A stretch of DNA of 64,000 bases from Capsulimonadaceae bacterium (lineage in GTDB: Bacteria > Armatimonadota > Armatimonadia > Armatimonadales > Capsulimonadaceae), in the NCBI GenBank assembly GCA_965215505.1, contig OZ244065.1, forward strand, positions 3,104,001 through 3,168,000, written 5' to 3'. The position numbers and the translations under genes are program-made. This document shows, piece after piece, positions 54,007-61,892 of the stretch (the first letter of the stretch is position 1; the number at the start of each line of letters is the position of its first letter). The notes below the pieces were generated by a model. That model was not told the origin of the DNA and made no database searches. It saw only the letters and a program-made list of their open reading frames with translations.

Positions 54007-56238
54007 CTACGGTCCGGCGCTGACGGCGGTGACGCTCCACAGGTTGCCCGGCCCGTTGTCCGTATAGGGGCCGTAGCCGGCCACCGTGAAGTCGAAGGCG
54101 CTGTCCATGCCCCACAGCATCGCCCGGTCGTCCGTGTTATTCCACAGGACATGGCTCAGGCCGTCCGGCCCGGTCGCGAGGGCGGCGGCTGTCCAAAGAT
54201 TCAGGGGAACACCGTCCGTGTAAGGGCCATAGCCGGCCAGCGTGAAGCCGTAGGAGGCGTCCACGTCCCAGAACATCGCGCGCTTGTCCGTGTTGCTCCA
54301 CAACAGGTGCGTGGTGTTGTCGGGGCCGACCGAGACGGCGACCGCCGACCACAGGTTCTGCGCCGCCCCGTCCGTGTACGGCCCATAGCCGGCGAGGCCG
54401 AAGCTGAAATCGGCGGGGACGTTCCAGAGCATGACGCGGTTGTCCGTGTTGTTCCAGACGATGCGGCTGACGTTGTCCGGGCCGGTCGCAAGCGCGGCGG
54501 CCGTCCAGAGGTTTTGGGGGGTGCCGTCGGTGTAGGGGCCATAGCCGGCCAGGGTGAAGGTGAAGTCCGGCGCGACGTTCCACAGCATGACCCGGTGGTC
54601 GGCGTTGGTCCACAGCAGATGCACGACGTTGTCCGGCCCGACCGAGACGGCCGTCGCGCTCCACTTGTTCTGCGGTGCCCCGTCCGTGTACGGCCCGTAG
54701 CCCGCCAGCGTGAAGGTGCCGGCGTCGTCCACGGTCCAGAGCATGATGCGCCCATCCGTGTTGTTCCATAGAAGATGGGAAGCGCCGTCCGGGCCGGTCG
54801 CGACGGCGGTGGCGCTCCACTTGTTCTGGGGTGCGCCGTCTGTATAGGGGCCGAAGCCGTTGAGCGTGAAGGAGCCGTCGGGGGCCACGCTCCACAGCAT
54901 GACGCGCCCGTCACTGTTGTTCCACAAGAGGTGCGTGTGGCCGGAGGCGGGCGGAACGCCCCCGTACTCATACGCGCCGATGTCGGGGGGGCCAACGCGG
55001 GCCGCGCCGCGCTGGTCCGTCGCGGGCGCACCGGTCGCCGTCCCGGCGTCGATGCAGGGCGTGCCGGGCAGCAAGGCCCTCGTCTGGGTCAGGCCGCCGT
55101 TGCCCTGCAAGGGGCCGAGGCCGGGGTCGGCGCTGAGGTTGCCGCCGCCGTCGGTGTAGAGCGGCCCGCTCGCCGGCCCGCGCCCCGGCCCGTAGACGGC
55201 GGACGCGGCGATGTCGCAGTGGCTGATTGTCAGGCTGTTGCCCGCACCGCCCTGGTTGAAGAAGATCTCCTCGCCGCCGCCGCCGGGAGCCGCATCGCCG
55301 GAAAAGATGTCGTTGGTGAGCGTAGTCGTGCCACGGATGATCGCGATCGCCCCGCCGCCGCCGTAGACGTCGTCGTTGGTGGTGGCCTGGTTGCCGGTGA
55401 AGGTGCAGTTGGTCACGGTCAGGGTGCCATCCACGTTGGAGATGGCACCGCCGCCGTCGGTGCCGGCGACGTTGCCCACGAGGGTGCAGTCGGTCAGGGT
55501 CAGGTGGACGCCGCCATTGCCGTTGTAGATGCCGCCGCCGGGGCCACCGGAGGCGTTCCCCGAGAGCGTGCAGCCGATCATCGTGACCGGGCCATAGGTG
55601 AACAGGCCGCCGCCGACCTGCGAGGCGGTGTTATTGGCGAAGGTACAGCGGATCGCGGTCAGGTGGCCGTCGTTGAGCATCCCACCGCCGCTGCTGGCCG
55701 TGTTGTTCTGGAAAACGCAGTCCGTCATCGTGAGCGTCCCGAAGCGGTTCAAGAGGCCGCCACCGATGCCGGCCGTGTTGTTCTGGAAGATCAGGTGGCT
55801 GATGGAGGAGGTGCCGTTGTCGCTGCCGATGATCAGCTCCTCTTGGTCCACGTTGGCCGGGGCGAGGCTGCCGTCCAGTACCACGCCCGCCGGGGGGCCT
55901 TGGATGGTCACGCCGGTGTTGGTGATGAGCGCGGAGGAAACCAGGATGGTGCGCCGGGCGGCGAACACGGCGGGATCAAAGGTGATGACGTCGCCGTCGC
56001 CGTCGGCGACGGAGGCGTCGGTGGCCGCGCGCAGCGACCCCGGCCCGCTGTCGGCGACCGTGGTGACGACGAGGGTGGCGGCGCGGCCCGCCCCGGCCAG
56101 GCCGGAGCAGAGGACGAGCATCGGCAGGAGGGTCCAGGCGGGGCACCGCCGGTGAAGGGGAGTGGCGGGGCGGGTGCCTTCGGGAGTGGCCCGAGAACCG
56201 CTCTGAGGAACGCCAGGGGAAGTGACTGGTGACAGCAT
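54007..56238 (-). CDS. Array member 8: paralog of member 4 (beta-helix/choice-of-anchor-Q-like) + six-repeat SAGP module (54007-~54939)
   Basis: [31 protein letters not shown] shared with member 4; start ATG 56238 after AAAGGA. Confidence 0.85.
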   Translation of the reverse strand: MLSPVTSPGVPQSGSRATPEGTRPATPLHRRCPAWTLLPMLVLCSGLAGAGRAATLVVTTVADSGPGSLRAATDASVADGDGDVITFDPAVFAARRTILVSSALITNTGVTIQGPPAGVVLDGSLAPANVDQEELIIGSDNGTSSISHLIFQNNTAGIGGGLLNRFGTLTMTDCVFQNNTASSGGGMLNDGHLTAIRCTFANNTASQVGGGLFTYGPVTMIGCTLSGNASGGPGGGIYNGNGGVHLTLTDCTLVGNVAGTDGGGAISNVDGTLTVTNCTFTGNQATTNDDVYGGGGAIAIIRGTTTLTNDIFSGDAAPGGGGEEIFFNQGGAGNSLTISHCDIAASAVYGPGRGPASGPLYTDGGGNLSADPGLGPLQGNGGLTQTRALLPGTPCIDAGTATGAPATDQRGAARVGPPDIGAYEYGGVPPASGHTHLLWNNSDGRVMLWSVAPDGSFTLNGFGPYTDGAPQNKWSATAVATGPDGASHLLWNNTDGRIMLWTVDDAGTFTLAGYGPYTDGAPQNKWSATAVSVGPDNVVHLLWTNADHRVMLWNVAPDFTFTLAGYGPYTDGTPQNLWTAAALATGPDNVSRIVWNNTDNRVMLWNVPADFSFGLAGYGPYTDGAAQNLWSAVAVSVGPDNTTHLLWSNTDKRAMFWDVDASYGFTLAGYGPYTDGVPLNLWTAAALATGPDGLSHVLWNNTDDRAMLWGMDSAFDFTVAGYGPYTDNGPGNLWSVTAVSAGP

Positions 56239-56322
56239 TGGGAAAGTCCTTTCGGGGCCGCCGGTGGCTCCCGCGCCGAGATCTGGGGTTCCGCCGTCGG
56301 GGCGGACCCTGGTAGTCTTGCC

Positions 56323-56338
56323 TGCATAAACCGTGCCA
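56323..56338 (-). promoter_or_regulatory. Sigma54-like promoter for member 8
   Basis: Minus strand TGGCACGGTTTATGCA, in the same context (..GCAGGCAA) as the member 4 site. Confidence 0.6.
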
Positions 56339-56359
56339 AGTGCGGGCAAGAGGGCGGGG

Positions 56360-56375
56360 TGTGACAAGAGTCACA
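56360..56375. promoter_or_regulatory. Consensus CRP box upstream of member 8
   Basis: TGTGA-CAAGAG-TCACA. Confidence 0.6.
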
Positions 56376-56423
56376 GGTGGGGCTGGCAGCGCAGCAGGGG
56401 GCTGCGGGCAAGGGAGCCGGGCG

Positions 56424-56454
56424 ACAAAACGGGCGCGGCCTTCGCCGCGCCCGT
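56424..56454 (-). terminator. Array-type intrinsic terminator after member 9
   Basis: ACGGGCGCGGC-CTTC-GCCGCGCCCGT with U-tract. Confidence 0.78.
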
Positions 56455-56481
56455 CCTTGCTCTTCGCTCCCTCAGAGGCCC

Positions 56482-58722
56482 TTACGGCCCGGCACTGACG
56501 GCAGTGGCGCTCCACAGGTTGTTCGCGCCGTTGTCGGTGTACGGGCCGTAGCCCGCCACGGTAAAGTCGAAAGCGTTGCTCACGCCCCATAGCATGGCCC
56601 GGTTGTCCGTGTTGGCCCACAGGATGTGCGAGAGGCCGTCCGGCCCCGTCGCCACGGCGGTGGCACTCCACAGGTTGCCGGGCGCGTCGTCGGTGTACGG
56701 CCCGTACCCGGCCAGCGTGAAGCTGAAGTCCGGGGCGACGTCCCAGAACATCGCCCGCCGGTCCGTGTTGCCCCACAAGAGGTGGGTCACATTGTCCGGC
56801 CCCGCCGAGACGCCCACCGCCGACCACTTGTTGGCCGACGGGTCGCCGCCCACGCTGCCGTCCGTGTACGGCCCGTAGCCCGCGACGCCCAGGACGTTCG
56901 ACCCGCCCGGCCCGCCCAGCGTCCACAGCATGACGCGGTTGTCGGTGTTGTTCCACACGACACGGCTCACGTTGTCCGGCCCGGTCGCGAGGGCGGTCGC
57001 CGACCAGACGTTGCCGGGGTCCGGGCTGACATAGTCGTCCGTGTACGGCCCGTAGCCGCTCAGGCCCAGGAGGTCCCCCTGGGCGTCCAGGTCCCAGAAC
57101 ATCATGCGTCGGTCCGTGTTGCTCCACAGCAGGTGCGTCAGGCCGTCAGGCCCGACCGAGATGCCGACGGCGCTCCACAGGTTGCCGGGGCTGCTGCTGA
57201 CATAAGTGTCCGTGTACGGGCCGTAGCCCGTGACGCTCAGGACAGCGCCCTGGGCGTCCAGGCTCCAGAGCATGACGCGGCGGTCCACGTTGTTCCAGAC
57301 GAGTCGGCTGGTGCCGTCGGGGGCGGCGGCGAGGGCGGTGGCGTGCCACTTGTTGTTCGGGTCGCTGCTGACGTAATCGTCGGTGTACGGGCCATAGCCG
57401 GCGTAGGTGAACGTGCCGTCCTGGGCGACGTTCCAGAGCATGACGCGCCCGTCGGCGTTGTTCCACAGCAGGTGCGTGGTCGAAGGCACAGGGATCTTGA
57501 AGACCGTGCCGGTGTTGTTGGCTCCGCCCGCTGCGGTTGTGCCATATAGAAAGCCATCACCAAGAACAAGCGGAGAGGACACAGGATTAGCACCATCGGT
57601 GACACCACTGAAGTCGTACAGGACTTGGAAGCCCGTGCCATCTGGATGCAAGCGGTAGACACTCCCGAGGCCGCTCGTGCCGCCGTTATTAGTCAACCCG
57701 CAAAGAGATCCATCGCCAAGGACAATGAGTGAGGCCGAAGGCTGCCCATCAGGAAAGGTGAGAAGTGTTTGGAAGCCCGTCCCATCCAGCTTGATTTTGA
57801 AAATGGTTCCGCAGCCACCTCTAGCGTTGGCGAGCTGGTTTGTGCCGTACAAGTAGCCATCCCCCGGAGCAAGTAGGGTGGAACTTGGGTAGGCCCCGTC
57901 AGTGTCACCACGAAAATTGTAAAGCGTTTGAAAGCCCGTGCCGTCTGGATGCAAGCGGTAAATACTGCCGAGGCCGTTCTGAAAACCGGAACTGGTTGTA
58001 CCATAGAGAAACCCATCACCAGGAGCGACCAGCGCGCTCTGTGGGCCGGAGCCGTCACCGCCGCTAAAATTATGCACCACTTGAAAGCCCGACCCATCTG
58101 GATGCAAGCGGTAGACGGTCCCGCCATTCAGGGCACCATTAAAATCGGCCGTGCTATAGAGAAAGCCATCCCCAGGGGCAATCAACGCAGCCTGTGGCCC
58201 ACTGCCATCTATCTCGATGCCGTTTTGCCTATCTTCAAATCTGTAGATCGTTTGGTAGCCGGTTCCGTCGAGTCTGATCCGGAAAATGGTTCCATAACCG
58301 AAGGCGGCACCGTGTTCGGTCGTGCCGTACAAGTAGCCATCGCCCGGAGCAAGTAAGGAAGCAGCCGGATTGGCTCCATCAGCGCCGGTTTGACCACTGC
58401 TGGTGAAAAAATAAAGTGTTTGAAAGGCGGACCCATCGGGCTTGACCTTGAAGACCGAGCCTACGCCGTATGCCCCGCCGTACTGAGTGGTGCCGTACAG
58501 AAAGCCGTCGCCAGGCGCAATCAGTGAACATGTGGGGCTAGCACCATCAGCGCTGAGGCCAGTGCTGGGATCAACTGCGAACGTGTGCAGGGTCGTCAGC
58601 GGCGGACTAGCGGCCTCTGCACCTATCGCAGAAACCATAACAAGGAGTAGGCAAAGCAAGGCCGTGTTCAGCGACCGAAGGAAGAGGATGGCGCTAATGC
58701 GTATGAGGAGACAGACGTGCAA
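56482..58722 (-). CDS. Array member 9: signal peptide + GloVer/TIGR03803-type tandem repeats + six-repeat SAGP module (56482-~57480)
   Basis: About 7 repeats of DGA.P...L..PGDG.LYGTT..GG..G.G..(F/Y)....DG.GFQTL. Start codon uncertain. Confidence 0.85.
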   Translation of the reverse strand: MHVCLLIRISAILFLRSLNTALLCLLLVMVSAIGAEAASPPLTTLHTFAVDPSTGLSADGASPTCSLIAPGDGFLYGTTQYGGAYGVGSVFKVKPDGSAFQTLYFFTSSGQTGADGANPAASLLAPGDGYLYGTTEHGAAFGYGTIFRIRLDGTGYQTIYRFEDRQNGIEIDGSGPQAALIAPGDGFLYSTADFNGALNGGTVYRLHPDGSGFQVVHNFSGGDGSGPQSALVAPGDGFLYGTTSSGFQNGLGSIYRLHPDGTGFQTLYNFRGDTDGAYPSSTLLAPGDGYLYGTNQLANARGGCGTIFKIKLDGTGFQTLLTFPDGQPSASLIVLGDGSLCGLTNNGGTSGLGSVYRLHPDGTGFQVLYDFSGVTDGANPVSSPLVLGDGFLYGTTAAGGANNTGTVFKIPVPSTTHLLWNNADGRVMLWNVAQDGTFTYAGYGPYTDDYVSSDPNNKWHATALAAAPDGTSRLVWNNVDRRVMLWSLDAQGAVLSVTGYGPYTDTYVSSSPGNLWSAVGISVGPDGLTHLLWSNTDRRMMFWDLDAQGDLLGLSGYGPYTDDYVSPDPGNVWSATALATGPDNVSRVVWNNTDNRVMLWTLGGPGGSNVLGVAGYGPYTDGSVGGDPSANKWSAVGVSAGPDNVTHLLWGNTDRRAMFWDVAPDFSFTLAGYGPYTDDAPGNLWSATAVATGPDGLSHILWANTDNRAMLWGVSNAFDFTVAGYGPYTDNGANNLWSATAVSAGP

Positions 58723-58785
58723 AAGGTACTCACTTTCTCACAAGAGGACGAGATTACTCCAACAGAAGTAGAAAATCGCGGGGTT

Positions 58786-58814
58786 ATTATAACACGGTCG
58801 GCGGGCGGGGTCAA
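58786..58814 (-). promoter_or_regulatory. Sigma70-like promoter for member 9
   Basis: TTGACC-17bp-TATAAT with TGn, and the same CCGTGT before the -10 as in the other modules. Confidence 0.7.
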
Positions 58815-58856
58815 GAAAGTCGGACAACAAAACAGGGCAATCGCACATCATACCCG

Positions 58857-59096
58857 GCCGTGCCATGATTAAGCCGTGCCATGATTAAGCCGTGCCATGA
58901 ATGGCACGGCTAGGGTTTTAGTGGGGTAGACGGCCTTCGGCCACAAAGTACCGCTTCTGCACTGGGCAGCACTGACTACCCGGAGGGCAGACCCGGAGGG
59001 CGCGGGGTTAAGATATCTCTTTGACTGCATTCCGAGTGCCGCGAAGCGGTACTTCCTGGCGTCTGCGCCGCGTAGCCGTACCATTCATGGTATGGG
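58857..59096. repeat. Palindrome-bounded insertion (REP/MITE-like) with 16-bp tandem duplication
   Basis: GCCGTGCCATGATTAA x2 + GCCGTGCCATGAATGGCACGGCTA at the left; GTAGCCGTACCATTCATGGTATGG at the right. Confidence 0.55.
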
Positions 59097-59135
59097 CAGA
59101 GGAACCCAGAGTGATGTGCAATCGTCCCAGACAAC

Positions 59136-59166
59136 AGAAAACGGGCGCGGCTTTCGCCGCGCCCGT
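59136..59166 (-). terminator. Array-type intrinsic terminator after the barrel gene
   Basis: ACGGGCGCGGC-TTTC-GCCGCGCCCGT; the 45-bp context matches 53946-53990 except in the loop. Confidence 0.78.
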
Positions 59167-59190
59167 CCGTGTCTCTTGCTGAAGGAGCGT

Positions 59191-60441
59191 CTACCGCCCG
59201 CCGAAGGTCAGGCCGAGGGCGACCTGCTGCTGCGGGTCCGTGCCGGTCGCGAGGTCCAGGCGCGCGCCGCCCAGGGACAGGCCGATGCCGGCCACGAAGC
59301 GGCTCTGGTCGTAGCCGCCGCGCAGGGAGAACGTGCGGCCGAGGGGGTACTCGACGCCCAGGTGGAAGGAGCGCTTGCCGCCGTTGACGTTGCCGAGGTT
59401 GTGCAGCTCGGCGGCATAAGTGACCTTGTTGTAGGTGGACAGGCCGCCCAGGTCTATCTGCGGCTTCATCTGGAAGTTGAAGTCGCCGGCCGGGATGACG
59501 CCGAGCGAGTTGCCGTTGACGACGCGGGGGAGGCGGAAGGTCGGGGACAGCAGGTTGCGGACCACGACCGCGCCCCGGATGTGGTAGAGGGGATCGGGCA
59601 CGGACGTGAAGCCGAGGTCAACGTCGAACTTCTGCTGGTGAACCTCTTTGTAGGTCGCGCCGACGATGTTGCCGTTGGGTGCCCCGGTGGCCGGGTCAAT
59701 GCCGTTGCTGGTGTCGGTCTCGTCCACCAGGAAGCCCGCCGAGGCGAAGGAGGCCTGGGTGAAGCGCGGGCTGATGCCGACCGTCCCGACCGCCACGGGC
59801 AGGGAGAAGGGGACGGCGACGTTGGTCAGGCCCAGGGCACCGTAGCGGGCGTAGACCTTGCCGGTCGGCCCGGCCAAACCCGTGACGGGGATGGCGATGG
59901 GCTGCAAGTCCACGCGGGCGGCCAGCGTCCCGTAGGCGACCAGGCCGACGTTCTTGACCGAGAAGCCGACCAATGGGGCGACCGTGGCACTCAGGGTGGC
60001 CGGGGACCCGGTCCGGTCATTCGCGCCCGCGCCGGTGGCGAAGTTGTAGACCTTCTGAAAGGAGTCGCGGACGGGTGCCAGTGACCCGTTATTGTTGTTG
60101 AACTGGTCGCCTAAGTGTTTCAGGCCGTTGGACAGGTCGTTGATCTTGGCGACGTGGACATTGGAGGTGCGGCCCACGGCGCTCTGCGTCTCGCTGTAGG
60201 AACCCGCCGTCCCGACCGAGGCGGGGTTGAAGGCGGCCCCGCCCACGTCGCCGGGCAGCAGCAGGTCCGTCCCGCCCATGCCCATGGCGCGGGCGCGGGC
60301 CCGGAACTGGGTGCGGTCGAGTTCGGAGGGCGTCACCGGCGCGGGCGCCTGGGCATGAGCCGCCCCGCAGAGCGCGGCCGAAGTGAGCGCGGCGGTCGTC
60401 AGCGCGGCGAGGGCGGGCAAGCCCCGTTGCTTCTTTGTCAT
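59191..60441 (-). CDS. Putative outer-membrane beta-barrel (FadL/PorV/TraF-like)
   Basis: Signal peptide, N-terminal ARAMGMGG..A.FNPA motif, and amphipathic C-terminal strands (FDVDLG, HLGVEY, LRGGY, LGLTF). Confidence 0.7.
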   Translation of the reverse strand: MTKKQRGLPALAALTTAALTSAALCGAAHAQAPAPVTPSELDRTQFRARARAMGMGGTDLLLPGDVGGAAFNPASVGTAGSYSETQSAVGRTSNVHVAKINDLSNGLKHLGDQFNNNNGSLAPVRDSFQKVYNFATGAGANDRTGSPATLSATVAPLVGFSVKNVGLVAYGTLAARVDLQPIAIPVTGLAGPTGKVYARYGALGLTNVAVPFSLPVAVGTVGISPRFTQASFASAGFLVDETDTSNGIDPATGAPNGNIVGATYKEVHQQKFDVDLGFTSVPDPLYHIRGAVVVRNLLSPTFRLPRVVNGNSLGVIPAGDFNFQMKPQIDLGGLSTYNKVTYAAELHNLGNVNGGKRSFHLGVEYPLGRTFSLRGGYDQSRFVAGIGLSLGGARLDLATGTDPQQQVALGLTFGGR

Positions 60442-60470
60442 CTTGGGTTCTCCTGAGTGGTGTGGACTTG

Positions 60471-61199
60471 CTAGCCGGCGCTGACGGTGAGCGTCGTGGT
60501 GTCGAACGTGATCTGCATCGGCGTCCCCCCCGGCACACTCGCGCTGGTCCCGTTCAGCGTCACGACCACCTGCTTGTTCTGATCCTCGCCGGTGATGATG
60601 TTAATCAGCGAGGTCAGGGTCGCCCCCTGGATGCTCACGGCGGCGAGCTGGAACGCGGACGGGTTATCGGCGGAATAGGTCCCGTCCGGCTGCTGCGTGA
60701 ACGAAACCGGGCCGGAGGTCGCCAGGGCGGGCAGGGTGACGCGGTCGGCGACGGCCCCGCCGGCGGCGGCACTCAGGTCGTCCGCCTCGGCGGTGACGGA
60801 GAAGGTCGTGAGGGTGAAGTGGGCCGGCAGGGGGGCGGCCCCGGCCTGGCCGCCATTGGCGGCGGTCAGCGTCACGACCGGCTTGGGGCTGATGCGTAGG
60901 GTCGCGCTCGCCACGCTCGAAAGGTTGATCGTCTGCTTCGTGAACGGGTAGACGTTCGTGTTGGCGTCGTGCGGCGTGCGCGCGGCGGTGCGGGCGGCAC
61001 CGACGACCGGGTTGGTGAGGTCAACGGTGGCGGCCTGCTTGTCCAGCCCGAAGGGGTTGGCGACGGTGACGTTGGGGACGTTCACCTGGGCCGAGTCGAG
61101 GTTCTTGACGACTCCGCTGCACCCGGAGAGGACCGGACCGGCGGCGAGCAGCGCGGCAAGGGCGATGGCGCGCGGCAGAAGGCGGGGACGAAGATGCAT
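60471..61199 (-). CDS. Putative lipoprotein (Thr/Ala-rich beta domain)
   Basis: Lipobox VLSG-C after a hydrophobic stretch; GGAGG RBS; ends 29 bp upstream of the barrel gene. Confidence 0.75.
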   Translation of the reverse strand: MHLRPRLLPRAIALAALLAAGPVLSGCSGVVKNLDSAQVNVPNVTVANPFGLDKQAATVDLTNPVVGAARTAARTPHDANTNVYPFTKQTINLSSVASATLRISPKPVVTLTAANGGQAGAAPLPAHFTLTTFSVTAEADDLSAAAGGAVADRVTLPALATSGPVSFTQQPDGTYSADNPSAFQLAAVSIQGATLTSLINIITGEDQNKQVVVTLNGTSASVPGGTPMQITFDTTTLTVSAG

Positions 61200-61438
61200 G
61201 GGAAATTCCTCCAAAACTAAGGGCATGGTGCGGCGAAGGGAAGCGCTCGGGACGGGGCCGAAAGGGAGGCCGGTTCACGCTCGGGCCGGGAACATTGTTC
61301 CACAAGAGCGTCAGAATCCCCAGCATCTTTTGCAGCCCCGGCACGTCGCCGGCTCACGGCACCACGCCGTCAGTATCGGTAGATTTACCGGGTTTTTGGA
61401 GGGCAGATTTTGGAGGGTAGGTTTCTTGGGGTGGCGGC

Positions 61439-61690
61439 TCACACCCAGACGTTCAGCACGGCCAGCACGAGCAGCCGGGTGACGCTGGGGACGCCGCAGC
61501 GGGTCTGGAGCGCGGCCAGGAGGCGCTGCGCGTCGCCCTGCGACATGCCCAGGGCGGGGGCCGCGTCCGCCAGCGGGTGTCCGGACACCAGCAGCCGCAG
61601 CAGGGCGTGTTCCACCGGTGCCAGCGGTATGCCGGGCGTCAGGCGCACGCGCCCCCGCCCCGCCCCATCGCTCGTCGTTGATTCCGTCAT
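61439..61690 (-). CDS. Small LuxR-type HTH protein
   Basis: LAPVEHALLRLLVSGHPLADAAPALGMS...RCGVPSVTRL resembles the GerE/LuxR C-terminal HTH. Confidence 0.6.
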   Translation of the reverse strand: MTESTTSDGAGRGRVRLTPGIPLAPVEHALLRLLVSGHPLADAAPALGMSQGDAQRLLAALQTRCGVPSVTRLLVLAVLNVWV

Positions 61691-61778
61691 GGTGGTCGTC
61701 CGCTCCCGTTCCCTCGAAGGATGCCGTCAGTATGACCGCCGGGCGCATGTCCGGCTTTACCGCGTGTCACGCCCAGAC

Positions 61779-61841
61779 TGTGACATCGGGCACACCCGCG
61801 AGCGGCGTTTCCTTGACAAAATCCCGCCGTCCTGCCAGAAT
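61779..61841 (+). promoter_or_regulatory. CRP-like box + sigma70 promoter (class I spacing)
   Basis: TGTGA-CATCGG-GCACA (61779-61794) and TTGACA-17bp-CAGAAT (61813-61841). Confidence 0.6.
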
Positions 61842-61892
61842 GAGGCAGTGGGATACTGATGGGCGGGATCAGGAGCGGGTGAAGGCGGCCTC

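Noticed and set aside
35911-58722. CRISPR array or non-coding repeat array
   Set aside because: The ~156-bp repeats are in-frame coding repeats with synonymous variation. There is no repeat-spacer structure and no cas gene.
35911-58722. Diversity-generating retroelement, shufflon or integron
   Set aside because: No reverse transcriptase, invertase or integrase is in the window. Differences are not adenine-specific, all cassettes share one orientation, and I saw no attC-like sites. An enzyme acting in trans cannot be excluded.
58869-59084. 71-aa minus-strand ORF inside the insert
   Set aside because: No RBS or recognisable motif, and it begins and ends within palindromic repeats.
59191-60441. 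Conjugative element implied by a TraF-like annotation
   Set aside because: No relaxase, VirB4, coupling protein or other tra genes are present. The motif is shared by stand-alone FadL/PorV-like barrels.
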